From Candidatus Eiseniibacteriota bacterium (lineage in GTDB: Bacteria; ARS69), in contig JBQTGV010000073.1 of assembly GCA_052390515.1 (NCBI GenBank), forward strand, positions 1 through 21,413: a stretch of 21,413 nt of DNA, given 5' to 3'. A program made the position numbers and the translations under genes. The notes below the pieces were generated by a model. The model ran no database searches. It saw nothing but the letters and a program-made list of their open reading frames with translations, and was not told where the DNA came from. Positions 1 through 7,112 of the stretch are shown here, piece by piece. The stretch's first letter is position 1; each line of letters begins with the position of its first letter.

Positions 1-1
1 C

Positions 2-427
2 TCGTCGGGCCGCGTCGTCGAGGTGCGCTGCACGCACGACCCGGCGACGCGCGCCGGACAGGCGCCCGACGGGCGGCGCCCGAAGGGCACGATCCACTGG
101 GTCAGCGCGGCGCACTCCGTTCCGGCGACGGTGCACCTCTACGACCATCTCTTCGCCGAGGCCGACGCGAGCGCCGACGCGACGCGATTCCGGGAGGCGC
201 TGCATCCGGCGTCCCGGGAGACGCTCAGCGGCTCCCGAGTGGAGCCGTCCCTCGCCGCGGCGGCGCCGGGCACGGTCTTCCAGTTCGAGCGGCTGGGCTA
301 CTTCTGCGTGGATCCGGCGTCCCGGGAAGGCCAGCCCGTGTTGAACCGGACGGTCTCCCTGCGGGACACCTGGGCGAAGATCGAAGCGCGGACTGGCAGG
401 CCCACGGGGAATCGAACCCCGGTTTGA
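2..427 (+). CDS. glnS: Glutamine--tRNA ligase, C-terminal anticodon-binding region (5' part outside window)
   Basis: Frame open from window start. Motifs KGTIHWVSA, LYDHLF, FQFERLGYFCVD and NRTVSLRDTW are typical of the GlnRS C-terminus. Stop TGA 425-427. Confidence 0.95.
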   Translation, partial: SSGRVVEVRCTHDPATRAGQAPDGRRPKGTIHWVSAAHSVPATVHLYDHLFAEADASADATRFREALHPASRETLSGSRVEPSLAAAAPGTVFQFERLGYFCVDPASREGQPVLNRTVSLRDTWAKIEARTGRPTGNRTPV

Positions 428-468
428 AGACTGAGAATCTCCCGTCCTGACCACTAGACGATGGGCCC
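394..468 (-). tRNA. tRNA-Glu (anticodon CTC)
   Basis: Reverse complement GGGCCCATCGTCTAGTGGTCAGGACGGGAGATTCTCAGTCTTCAAACCGGGGTTCGATTCCCCGTGGGCCTGCCA folds to a cloverleaf: anticodon loop TT-CTC-AG, GTTCGA T-loop, encoded CCA. Confidence 0.95.
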
Positions 469-494
469 GCCTCGTGTCCGCGAAGCGGTGAGGG

Positions 495-570
495 TGGCTG
501 GGGAGGAAGGACTCGAACCTTCAACCTCCTGATCCAGAGTCAGGCATCCTACCAATTGGACGACTCCCCA
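495..570 (-). tRNA. tRNA-Gln (anticodon CTG)
   Basis: Reverse complement TGGGGAGTCGTCCAATTGGTAGGATGCCTGACTCTGGATCAGGAGGTTGAAGGTTCGAGTCCTTCCTCCCCAGCCA: U1-A72, anticodon stem CCTGA/TCAGG, loop CT-CTG-GA, encoded CCA. Confidence 0.96.
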
Positions 571-583
571 GCTCCGACCGAGC

Positions 584-612
584 AGGGTAGGGAGAGCCGG
601 CGAGCGCGTCAA
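584..612 (-). promoter_or_regulatory. Putative sigma70-type promoter for the tRNA-Gln/tRNA-Glu pair
   Basis: Minus strand TTGACG (612-607), 17 nt spacer, TACCCT (589-584), ending 14 nt upstream of tRNA-Gln. Confidence 0.75.
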
Positions 613-626
613 GACCGGCGGCCGCG

Positions 627-656
627 TTGACAGCGGGCGGACGGCGCTCCTAGACT
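627..656 (+). promoter_or_regulatory. Putative sigma70-type promoter for the STAS gene, back-to-back with the tRNA promoter
   Basis: TTGACA (627-632), 18 nt spacer, TAGACT (651-656), 35 nt before the GTG at 692. Confidence 0.7.
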
Positions 657-691
657 GCCGCGGCTCTTCGCGGATCGGGGGGACGGCTCGC

Positions 692-1036
692 GTGAAAATC
701 AAGCGGCGGGACGAGGGCGACGTCGTCATCCTCGAGGTCTCCGGCAAGGTCATGGGCGGCCCGGACTCCGAGAAGTTCCGCGCGGCCATCTCCGGCCTGA
801 TCGGCGACGGGACGAAGAAGCTCCTCATCGATCTGTCCGACGTGCCCTGGATGAACTCCTCGGGCGTGGGCATCCTCATCTCCGCGTACACGAGCCTGCG
901 CAACGCCGGCGCCAGCGTCAAGTTCCTCAACATCAACGAGCGCGTGAAGTCCATCCTGATGGTCACCAAGCTGCTGACCGTCTTCGAGAGCTACTACAGC
1001 GAGGCCGATGCGCTCGCCAGCTTCCGCGCGGGTTGA
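692..1036 (+). CDS. STAS-domain anti-sigma factor antagonist (RsbV/SpoIIAA family)
   Basis: 114 aa with IDLSDVPWMNSSGVGILI (phospho-Ser motif) and a typical C-terminal VFESYYSEADALASF. GGGGGA precedes the GTG. Confidence 0.92.
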   Translation: MKIKRRDEGDVVILEVSGKVMGGPDSEKFRAAISGLIGDGTKKLLIDLSDVPWMNSSGVGILISAYTSLRNAGASVKFLNINERVKSILMVTKLLTVFESYYSEADALASFRAG

Positions 1037-1037
1037 G

Positions 1038-1114
1038 CGCTTCGCCTCGGAAGACGAAGCGAACGATGACCTCGCTCAAGCTCGCTCGCCGTCCTGGCTC
1101 GCTCGCATCGTTCG
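1038..1114. repeat. REP-like palindromic element between convergent genes
   Basis: Inverted repeats CGCTTCG/CGAAGCG (1038-1044/1055-1061) and CGAACGATG/CATCGTTCG (1060-1068/1106-1114). The second encloses the direct repeat GCTCGCTCGC (1080-1089, 1097-1106). Confidence 0.5.
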
Positions 1115-1136
1115 AGCTCTCCCGGGGACGGTCCGG

Positions 1137-1736
1137 TCAATCCGCGCTTCCAGCACCTGCCGGCGCCGCCGGTTCCAGGCGAATCGTCTCGATGACCACG
1201 CGGCTCAGCGGATTCCGGCTGCGGTGGGTGGAGACCTGCGAGATGCGGTCGACGACTTCCATGCCGCTCACGACCTCGCCGATCGGGGTGGCCCGCCCGT
1301 CGAGCGCGGGGACATCGGAGAGCACCACGAACCACTGGCTCGCGGCGGTTCCGGAAACGTCGCCACGCCAAGCCATCGAGAGGGTGCCGCGCCGGTGAGT
1401 GCGCTCGACGGGCTCCTCCGGCAGCCGCACGTCAGGCCCGCCGCTGCCGTCGTTGCGCAGGTCGTCGTCCCGGCTCGACGGGTCGCCGGTCTGGATGAGG
1501 TACCCGGGGATCACGCGGTGGAACGACTGCTCGTCGTAGTAGCCGGACGTGGCGAGCGTCAGGAACTGCGCGACGTGGTTCGGCGCCTCGTCGCGGTGGA
1601 GCCGCACCCGGAACTCGCCGAAGTCGCGCACCACGACGACGGCGTCGACGGCGGGCAGGTCCTCGGGACGCGGTCCCGGCGCGGGGGCGTCGTGCGCCGC
1701 TCCCGCTGCCAGCACCAGAACGGCGCGAATCAGCAA
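1137..1736 (-). CDS. Cyclophilin-type peptidyl-prolyl cis-trans isomerase, probably exported
   Basis: APNHVAQFLTLATSGYYD, FHRVIPGYLIQTGDP, HRRGTLSMA, SQWFV and IGEVVSGMEVVDRI motifs. Likely TTG start at 1736 with GAGGGGAG upstream and a hydrophobic N-terminus. Confidence 0.92.
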   Translation of the reverse strand: MLIRAVLVLAAGAAHDAPAPGPRPEDLPAVDAVVVVRDFGEFRVRLHRDEAPNHVAQFLTLATSGYYDEQSFHRVIPGYLIQTGDPSSRDDDLRNDGSGGPDVRLPEEPVERTHRRGTLSMAWRGDVSGTAASQWFVVLSDVPALDGRATPIGEVVSGMEVVDRISQVSTHRSRNPLSRVVIETIRLEPAAPAGAGSAD

Positions 1737-1767
1737 GGCTCTCCCCTCGGGTTCGCTTCGCCGCGCG

Positions 1768-1795
1768 AGCCTAGCAGCGCGCCGACCGCCGTCAA
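1768..1795 (-). promoter_or_regulatory. Putative sigma70-type promoter for the cyclophilin gene
   Basis: Minus strand TTGACG (1795-1790), 16 nt spacer, TAGGCT (1773-1768). Confidence 0.55.
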
Positions 1796-1813
1796 GCTCG
1801 CACGGCACGCCTC

Positions 1814-2434
1814 GTGACCGTCCGCCGGCCCGGTGCCCGAGGGGTGCTGCTCGCCGGCATCCCCGTTCTCCTCGGCGTGGGGCTCCTGGTTCGCGCCGCC
1901 GTCGGGCCCGGTCCCTCCTTCGGCCTTCGCCTGAACCGTTCGATCGAGCAGCTGGACGAGGGGCGGGCGGCCGAAGCGCTCGCCGGACTCGAGTCCCTTC
2001 TCGCGGAGTACCCGGACCGTCCCGAAGCGTGGCTCCGCGCGGGCCGCGCGCTGCGCGTGCTCGGTCGAACCGAGGACGCCGCGCTGAGCTTCCGCCGCGC
2101 CGCCGAGCTGGACCCGGGTTCGGAGACCGCACACTTCGAAGCGGCCCGCGCGTGGATGGAAGCGGGCGCGGTCGATCTTGCGGAAGCGGCGGTCGACGAG
2201 ACCATCGCGCTCGAGGAGGATCACGCTGCGGCGCTCTACCTGAAGGCGGTCATCACCGCGCGGCGCGGCGACGCGGAACAGTCCGCCTCCTGGCTCGGCC
2301 GGTCGTTCGACGCCGGGCTCTCCACGCCGGATCGCTTCCGCTCCGATCCGAGGTTCGATCCGGTGCGCAACGACGTGCGCTTCCTCGACGCGGTCCTGCG
2401 GCGGCGCACGCCGGGGACCTTCCTCGGCGAGTAG
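1814..2434 (+). CDS. Membrane-anchored tetratricopeptide repeat protein
   Basis: N-terminal hydrophobic segment, about three TPR-like repeats (EAWLRAGRALRVLGRTEDAALSFRRAAELDP), and a C-terminal DPRFDPVRNDVRF cap typical of TPR arrays. Confidence 0.8.
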   Translation: MTVRRPGARGVLLAGIPVLLGVGLLVRAAVGPGPSFGLRLNRSIEQLDEGRAAEALAGLESLLAEYPDRPEAWLRAGRALRVLGRTEDAALSFRRAAELDPGSETAHFEAARAWMEAGAVDLAEAAVDETIALEEDHAAALYLKAVITARRGDAEQSASWLGRSFDAGLSTPDRFRSDPRFDPVRNDVRFLDAVLRRRTPGTFLGE

Positions 2435-3528
2435 CGGATCGGTCGGCTACCCGCGCCGTCCGGGTCGAGCAGCTCGAGCAGCACGCGGCCGTCCGAGGAA
2501 CGCGGCACGGGCAGCCCGAGGAGGTGCAGCGCGGTCGGCACCACGTCCATCGGCGCGGCCTGCCCGGGTGCGGGCACGAGGCGAACGCCGCGGCCGGTGA
2601 GAGCCAGCCGGCCGCCGTCCTCACTCAGGCGCACGTCGATCCACGCCCCGCGCCGGCGAAGCTCTTCGGCCGCTTCCCGATCCAGCTCTGCCTGCGGGAG
2701 GATGCGAAGGCAGAGCGGCGGATCGTCGTCCCGAGGTGCTCCGTGCAGCACGGGGATGCCCGCCGCGGCGACACGGTCGAGGAGGATGCCGCGCGTGGCG
2801 AACGGGCCCTCTCTTCGATCGCCGCGCGGGAACGGGGCGAGCAGCAGCCGGGACGCGCCGCTCGGAAACCGCGAGATCCCACCGCCGCCGGGAAGGAGCT
2901 TGGGGATGGACGTGCCCACCCGCGTGCGCGCCGGCACTCGCCCGCTCCACACCGCGGCGAAGCGGCCCGGTCCCTCGCTGGCCAGCGCTCGAAGCGGCAC
3001 GTGCACCGCGGCCACGTCGGGGAACTCGCCGCCGTCCCGCACCGAGATGGCCACCGGCACCGCGTCGTAGGGCGCGGGGCCGGCGCTCTCGACGCGCGTC
3101 TCCGGAGTGGGCCGCAGGAGCGCGGCGACGTCCGTCCGGGCGAAGAGGAGAGCGGCGCACGCCGCCGAGACGACGGCGAGGACGAGCAGGTCGACGCGCG
3201 CCGATCCGGCGAGGACGCGGCGCCGCGCGGCCAGTGCGAGCGGAATCGCGGCGGCGAAGACCGCTGCGGCGAGAGGCGGCAGGAAGAGCGGACCGGCGGC
3301 CACCGCGGCCAGCGCGGGTCCGGTGCCGGTGCGCCGCGCCCGGAAGACGCGCGCCACGAGCGCTCCGAGGAGGGCGCCCGCCAGGATCCACAGCGCGGCG
3401 AGGAACGTCGCGGATTCGCGGTTGAGCGTCGCGCGGTTCCCGGCGAGGATCTCGGCGGCGCCGAGACCCGCGGCGAGCGCGCCGATGCACGCGCCGGACA
3501 GGACGGGACGGACTCGAATTGGATCCAA
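2236..3528 (-). CDS. Multi-TM membrane protein with a degenerate alkaline-phosphatase/phosphodiesterase-superfamily C-terminal domain
   Basis: About four hydrophobic helices in the first 130 aa. C-terminal DVVPTALHLLGLPVPRSSDGRVL matches the AP-superfamily D-x-x-PT...LG...P...DG..L signature. The last ~65 aa overlap the TPR gene antisense. Confidence 0.65.
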   Translation of the reverse strand: MDPIRVRPVLSGACIGALAAGLGAAEILAGNRATLNRESATFLAALWILAGALLGALVARVFRARRTGTGPALAAVAAGPLFLPPLAAAVFAAAIPLALAARRRVLAGSARVDLLVLAVVSAACAALLFARTDVAALLRPTPETRVESAGPAPYDAVPVAISVRDGGEFPDVAAVHVPLRALASEGPGRFAAVWSGRVPARTRVGTSIPKLLPGGGGISRFPSGASRLLLAPFPRGDRREGPFATRGILLDRVAAAGIPVLHGAPRDDDPPLCLRILPQAELDREAAEELRRRGAWIDVRLSEDGGRLALTGRGVRLVPAPGQAAPMDVVPTALHLLGLPVPRSSDGRVLLELLDPDGAGSRPIRYSPRKVPGVRRRRTASRKRTSLRTGSNLGSERKRSGVESPASNDRPSQEADCSASPRRAVMTAFR

Positions 3529-3566
3529 GAGAAGCGGTTCTCTCGCGGTGGGCGGCTCCCGGCTCG

Positions 3567-4484
3567 GTGCCGCGGATCGTCTGCGCGGGCCTCGTCGCGT
3601 CGGACTTCGTCGCGAGAGTCCCCTTTCCCGTGCCCCGGGACGTGAAGGTCCGGGTGAGCGGCTTCGTCCGTCAAGGGGGCGGTCCGGCCGCGAACGCCGC
3701 GGTGGCGATCGCGAGGCTCGGGGGGCGGGCCGCCTTTCTCGGGGCGGTCGGTGACGACGCGCTCGGCCGCTCGCAGATCGAGGAGCTGGCGGGCGAGGGC
3801 GTGGACGCGACCGGCGTGGCCGTCGTCGCCGGAGCCGCGTCGTTCGTCTCGTTCATCCTGGTCGACGCGGCCGATGGAGCACGGACCATCTTCAGCGCAC
3901 CCTCGGAGCGGCCCGTCCTGCCGCAGGCCACCCGGCTGCCCGCGCCCGCTCCGGACCTGCTGCTCCTGGACGGCTGGGCCGGAGCGGCGGCCCGCCCCCT
4001 GGCGCGGGAGGCGCGGCGCGCGGGCGTTCCGGTGCTGCTGGACGCCGGGGCGTTCACCGAGGAGGTCTGCGCGCTGCTGCCGGAAGTCGACGTCGCCATC
4101 GTGTCGACGCCCTTCGCCGAGGCGGCGGCCGGGGCCGGGCGGCCCGACGACGCGGTGCGCTGGATCCTCGCCCGGGGTCCGCGGTTGGCCGCAGTGACTG
4201 CGGGGGAGCAAGGGGCCTTGGCCGGGGCGGCGGGCGCCGACGAGACGTTCCGCGTTCCCGCCGACCCGGTACGGGTCACGGACACGACCGGGGCCGGGGA
4301 CGCCTTCCACGGCGGGGCCGGGTGGGCGCTCGCTCGGGGGGAAACGTGGGAGCAGAGCCTCCGGGTCGGGGCCGCGGTGGCTGCCCTCAAGTGCCGGAGC
4401 CTCGGCGCGCGGGAGGGGCTCCCCACCTCGGCGGAGCTCGCCTCCTTCCTGGCCAGCCTTGACAGCCCGGGGGACGCCCCGTAA
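3567..4484 (+). CDS. PfkB/ribokinase-family carbohydrate kinase
   Basis: GGGPAANAAVAIARLG, GAVGDDALG and the DTTGAGDAFHGG signature. GTG at 3567 gives MPRIVCAG, a family-like start; an upstream TTG at 3519 is also in frame. Confidence 0.92.
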   Translation: MPRIVCAGLVASDFVARVPFPVPRDVKVRVSGFVRQGGGPAANAAVAIARLGGRAAFLGAVGDDALGRSQIEELAGEGVDATGVAVVAGAASFVSFILVDAADGARTIFSAPSERPVLPQATRLPAPAPDLLLLDGWAGAAARPLAREARRAGVPVLLDAGAFTEEVCALLPEVDVAIVSTPFAEAAAGAGRPDDAVRWILARGPRLAAVTAGEQGALAGAAGADETFRVPADPVRVTDTTGAGDAFHGGAGWALARGETWEQSLRVGAAVAALKCRSLGAREGLPTSAELASFLASLDSPGDAP

Positions 4485-4487
4485 AGT
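4459..4487 (+). promoter_or_regulatory. Putative sigma70-type promoter inside the pfkB 3' end, driving the PorV-like gene and possibly the miaB operon
   Basis: TTGACA (4459-4464), 17 nt spacer, TAAAGT (4482-4487). The pfkB TAA stop is part of the -10 box. Confidence 0.7.
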
Positions 4488-4558
4488 CAATCACGGTGTC
4501 GAGTTACCCGCTCGAAGCCTCGCCCCGCACGCGCCGCACCCCGGGAGAGATCCAGAGA

Positions 4559-5647
4559 ATGCGCCACGCCTTCCTCGCAGGGACCGGTGCGTGTCTGCTC
4601 GCCGCCGTCCCGACCTTCGCCACTCCGTACGCCGGGGAGTTCCTGGCCAACGGGATCGGCGCGCGCGCCCCGGGCATGGGCGGCGCGTTCGTCGCGCTCG
4701 TCGACGACGCGACGGCCGCGTACTGGAACCCCGCCGCACTTCCGCGGAGCGAACGGCGCAATGTCGTCTACATGCACTCCGAGAATTTCGGGGACCTCGT
4801 CAACAACGACTCCGGGGCGCTGGTGCTGCGCTCCCGCGAGCTGGACGGGGGCGCCCGCAGCGCGTTCGGGGTGGGGCTCGTGATGGTCTCCGTGCCCGAC
4901 ATCCGCATCGACCCGGACGACCCTGTGTTACTGCAGGAGATCGAGAGCGGCAGCGACGGGGACTTCGACGTGCTCGACGCCGACGGGTCCCAGGGGAACG
5001 GGGACCTCGATCCCGGAGAGCGCATCGACCTCGACCTGCTGAGCCAATACTCCCACTTCGTCACCGACCGTCAGCTCGCCGTCTTCCTCTCCTACGGGAG
5101 GACGCGCGTCTTCCTGGAGCAGCTCTCCCTGGGAGCCAGCGCGAAGTTCGTGCACAAGTCGCTGGACGACTACTCCGCGTGGGGGATCGGCCTGGACGTC
5201 GGGGCGCTGTACACGCTCACGCCGGAGTGGACGCTGGGGGCGAACCTGCAGGACATCACCACCACGTTCCTGGACTGGAGCGGGACGCCGACCGGCGAAC
5301 GCGAGTACATCACGCCCAGCGCGAAGCTCGGGACGGCGTACATCCTGGACGTGCCGCAGCTCGCCGGATCGCTCGCCGGTGCGCTCGACCTCGACCTGCG
5401 CTTCGAGCGCGAGGCCGACGCCACGGTCGAGATCAGCGGAATGACCGGCGATCTGCGCGCCGGGATCGAGTACTGGTACCACGAGGCGTTCGCGCTGCGC
5501 GTCGGCACGGAGCGCCTGGGCAGCGACACCAAGCCGTTCACCGGCGGCGCGGGCATCCGCGTCCATCGGTTCTCGTTCGACTACGCTTACCGGAACCACT
5601 CCGACCTCGATGACGTGCACCGCATCTCCGGCGGAGTGCGCTTCTAG
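4559..5647 (+). CDS. PorV/PorQ (UPF0164, FadL-like) outer-membrane beta-barrel protein
   Basis: Signal peptide, then YAGEFLANGIGARAPGMGGAFVALVDDATAAYWNPAAL (family N-terminal motif), amphipathic beta strands, FDYAY...HRIS and a terminal Phe. ATG at 4559. Confidence 0.85.
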   Translation: MRHAFLAGTGACLLAAVPTFATPYAGEFLANGIGARAPGMGGAFVALVDDATAAYWNPAALPRSERRNVVYMHSENFGDLVNNDSGALVLRSRELDGGARSAFGVGLVMVSVPDIRIDPDDPVLLQEIESGSDGDFDVLDADGSQGNGDLDPGERIDLDLLSQYSHFVTDRQLAVFLSYGRTRVFLEQLSLGASAKFVHKSLDDYSAWGIGLDVGALYTLTPEWTLGANLQDITTTFLDWSGTPTGEREYITPSAKLGTAYILDVPQLAGSLAGALDLDLRFEREADATVEISGMTGDLRAGIEYWYHEAFALRVGTERLGSDTKPFTGGAGIRVHRFSFDYAYRNHSDLDDVHRISGGVRF

Positions 5648-5660
5648 GCTCACGGAGGGG

Positions 5661-7112
5661 GTGGCTCAGCTGACGCCGCCGATCGCGCCCCGCTCGAAGG
5701 AGATGCGGATCTTCCGCCCGACGGCCGCCCCCGCGACGGCGAGCGGCGGCCTGGCGCTCCCCGCGAGCGCCACCGACACGGCGGAGCTGCCCTCGTTCTG
5801 GATCGAGACCTACGGCTGCGAGATGAACACGTACGACTCCGAGTTCATAGCCTCGCGGTTCCTGGAGGAGGGCTGGGCCCCGGCGAGCGGCCCGGACCGC
5901 GCCGACGTCGTGCTGGTGAACACCTGCTCGGTGCGCCAGGGGGCGGAGGATCGGGCGCGGCAACGGGTGGCGAGCTTCGCCGGGCTCAAGCACGCGCGCC
6001 CGGACCTGCTGGTCGGCGTGGTCGGCTGCATGGCGCAGCGTCTGGGCGAAGGGCTGGAAGCGGGGCGGGGCGTCGTGGATCTCGTCGCCGGAACGGACAC
6101 CTACCGCGATCTGCCGGGTCTCGTGGCCGAGCGGAGGGCGCTCGGGCCCGGCCAGCGGATCGTGCGCACGCCCGCCGACGCGCGCAGCACCTATTCCATC
6201 GCGCGGCATCCGCGCGCGCAGGAGGGGCCGTGCGCCTTCCTCACCATCATGCAGGGCTGCGACAAGTTCTGCACGTTCTGCATCGTGCCGTTCACGCGCG
6301 GACGGGAGCGCTCCAAGCTGCTCGACGAGGTGCTGGCGGAGGCGCGACGCCTGGTGGACCGCGGCGTCCGGCAGATCACGCTGCTCGGCCAGAACGTGAA
6401 CTCCTGGCGGGACGGCGAGCACGGCTTCGCCCGGCTGCTGCGCGAGCTCGACCGGGTGGAGGGCCTCGCGCGCGTGTTCTTCACGTCGTCCTACCCGCGC
6501 GACATGACCACCGACGTGCTGGACGCGGTGGCGGAGTGCCGGACGGCCATCGAGTTCCTGCACTTCCCGGTGCAGAGCGGAAGCGACCGGGTGCTCTTGC
6601 GGATGAAGCGCAGGCACACGGTGGAGTGGTATCTTCGCCGGGTCGAGGAGGCCCGCGCGCGGATTCCGGGCCTGGAGCTCTCGACCGACCTGATCGTCGG
6701 GTTTCCGGGCGAGACCGAGGACGACTTCCGGGAGACGCTCCGCCTCGTCGAGCAGGTGCGCTATGCGGAGTGCTTCATGTACGCGTACTCCCCGCGCGAG
6801 GGTACGCCGGCGGCGCGGCTGGCCGATGAGCTCTCCGAGGAGGAGAAGTCGAGGAGGCTCGGCGAGCTGATCGCGCTGCAGCGGCGCATCGGACGCGAGG
6901 TGCTGGAAGGGAACCTGGGCCGCGTGAGCGAGGTGCTGGTCGAGTCGCCGAGCCGGCGCAACGAGCGCGAGGTGTTCGGGCGGACGCGCCGGCGGTTCAT
7001 GGTGGTGCTGCCCGAGGGGCTGGGGCGCCCGGGCGACCTCATCGACGTGCGGCTCGCCGAGCTCCACGGGACGACTTTCCGTGGAGCTGCCACGGGAACG
7101 GGGGGGAAATGA
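5661..7112 (+). CDS. miaB: tRNA (N6-isopentenyl-A37) C2-methylthiotransferase
   Basis: TYGCEMN, NTCSVR and GCMAQ (UPF0004 cysteines); radical SAM CDKFCTFC; LLGQNVNS, PVQSGS, DLIVGFPGET, YSPREGT; TRAM domain. Start GTG 5661 or ATG 5703 is uncertain. Confidence 0.95.
   Translation: MAQLTPPIAPRSKEMRIFRPTAAPATASGGLALPASATDTAELPSFWIETYGCEMNTYDSEFIASRFLEEGWAPASGPDRADVVLVNTCSVRQGAEDRARQRVASFAGLKHARPDLLVGVVGCMAQRLGEGLEAGRGVVDLVAGTDTYRDLPGLVAERRALGPGQRIVRTPADARSTYSIARHPRAQEGPCAFLTIMQGCDKFCTFCIVPFTRGRERSKLLDEVLAEARRLVDRGVRQITLLGQNVNSWRDGEHGFARLLRELDRVEGLARVFFTSSYPRDMTTDVLDAVAECRTAIEFLHFPVQSGSDRVLLRMKRRHTVEWYLRRVEEARARIPGLELSTDLIVGFPGETEDDFRETLRLVEQVRYAECFMYAYSPREGTPAARLADELSEEEKSRRLGELIALQRRIGREVLEGNLGRVSEVLVESPSRRNEREVFGRTRRRFMVVLPEGLGRPGDLIDVRLAELHGTTFRGAATGTGGK

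Noticed and set aside
225-969. Minus-strand ORFs 225-524 and 454-969
   Set aside because: They run through the tRNA genes and antisense to glnS or the STAS gene, with no recognisable domain.
7100-7106. G7 tract at the miaB/lapA junction as a phase-variation site
   Set aside because: The tract is short for a GC-rich genome and is better explained as the ribosome-binding site of the lapA-like gene.
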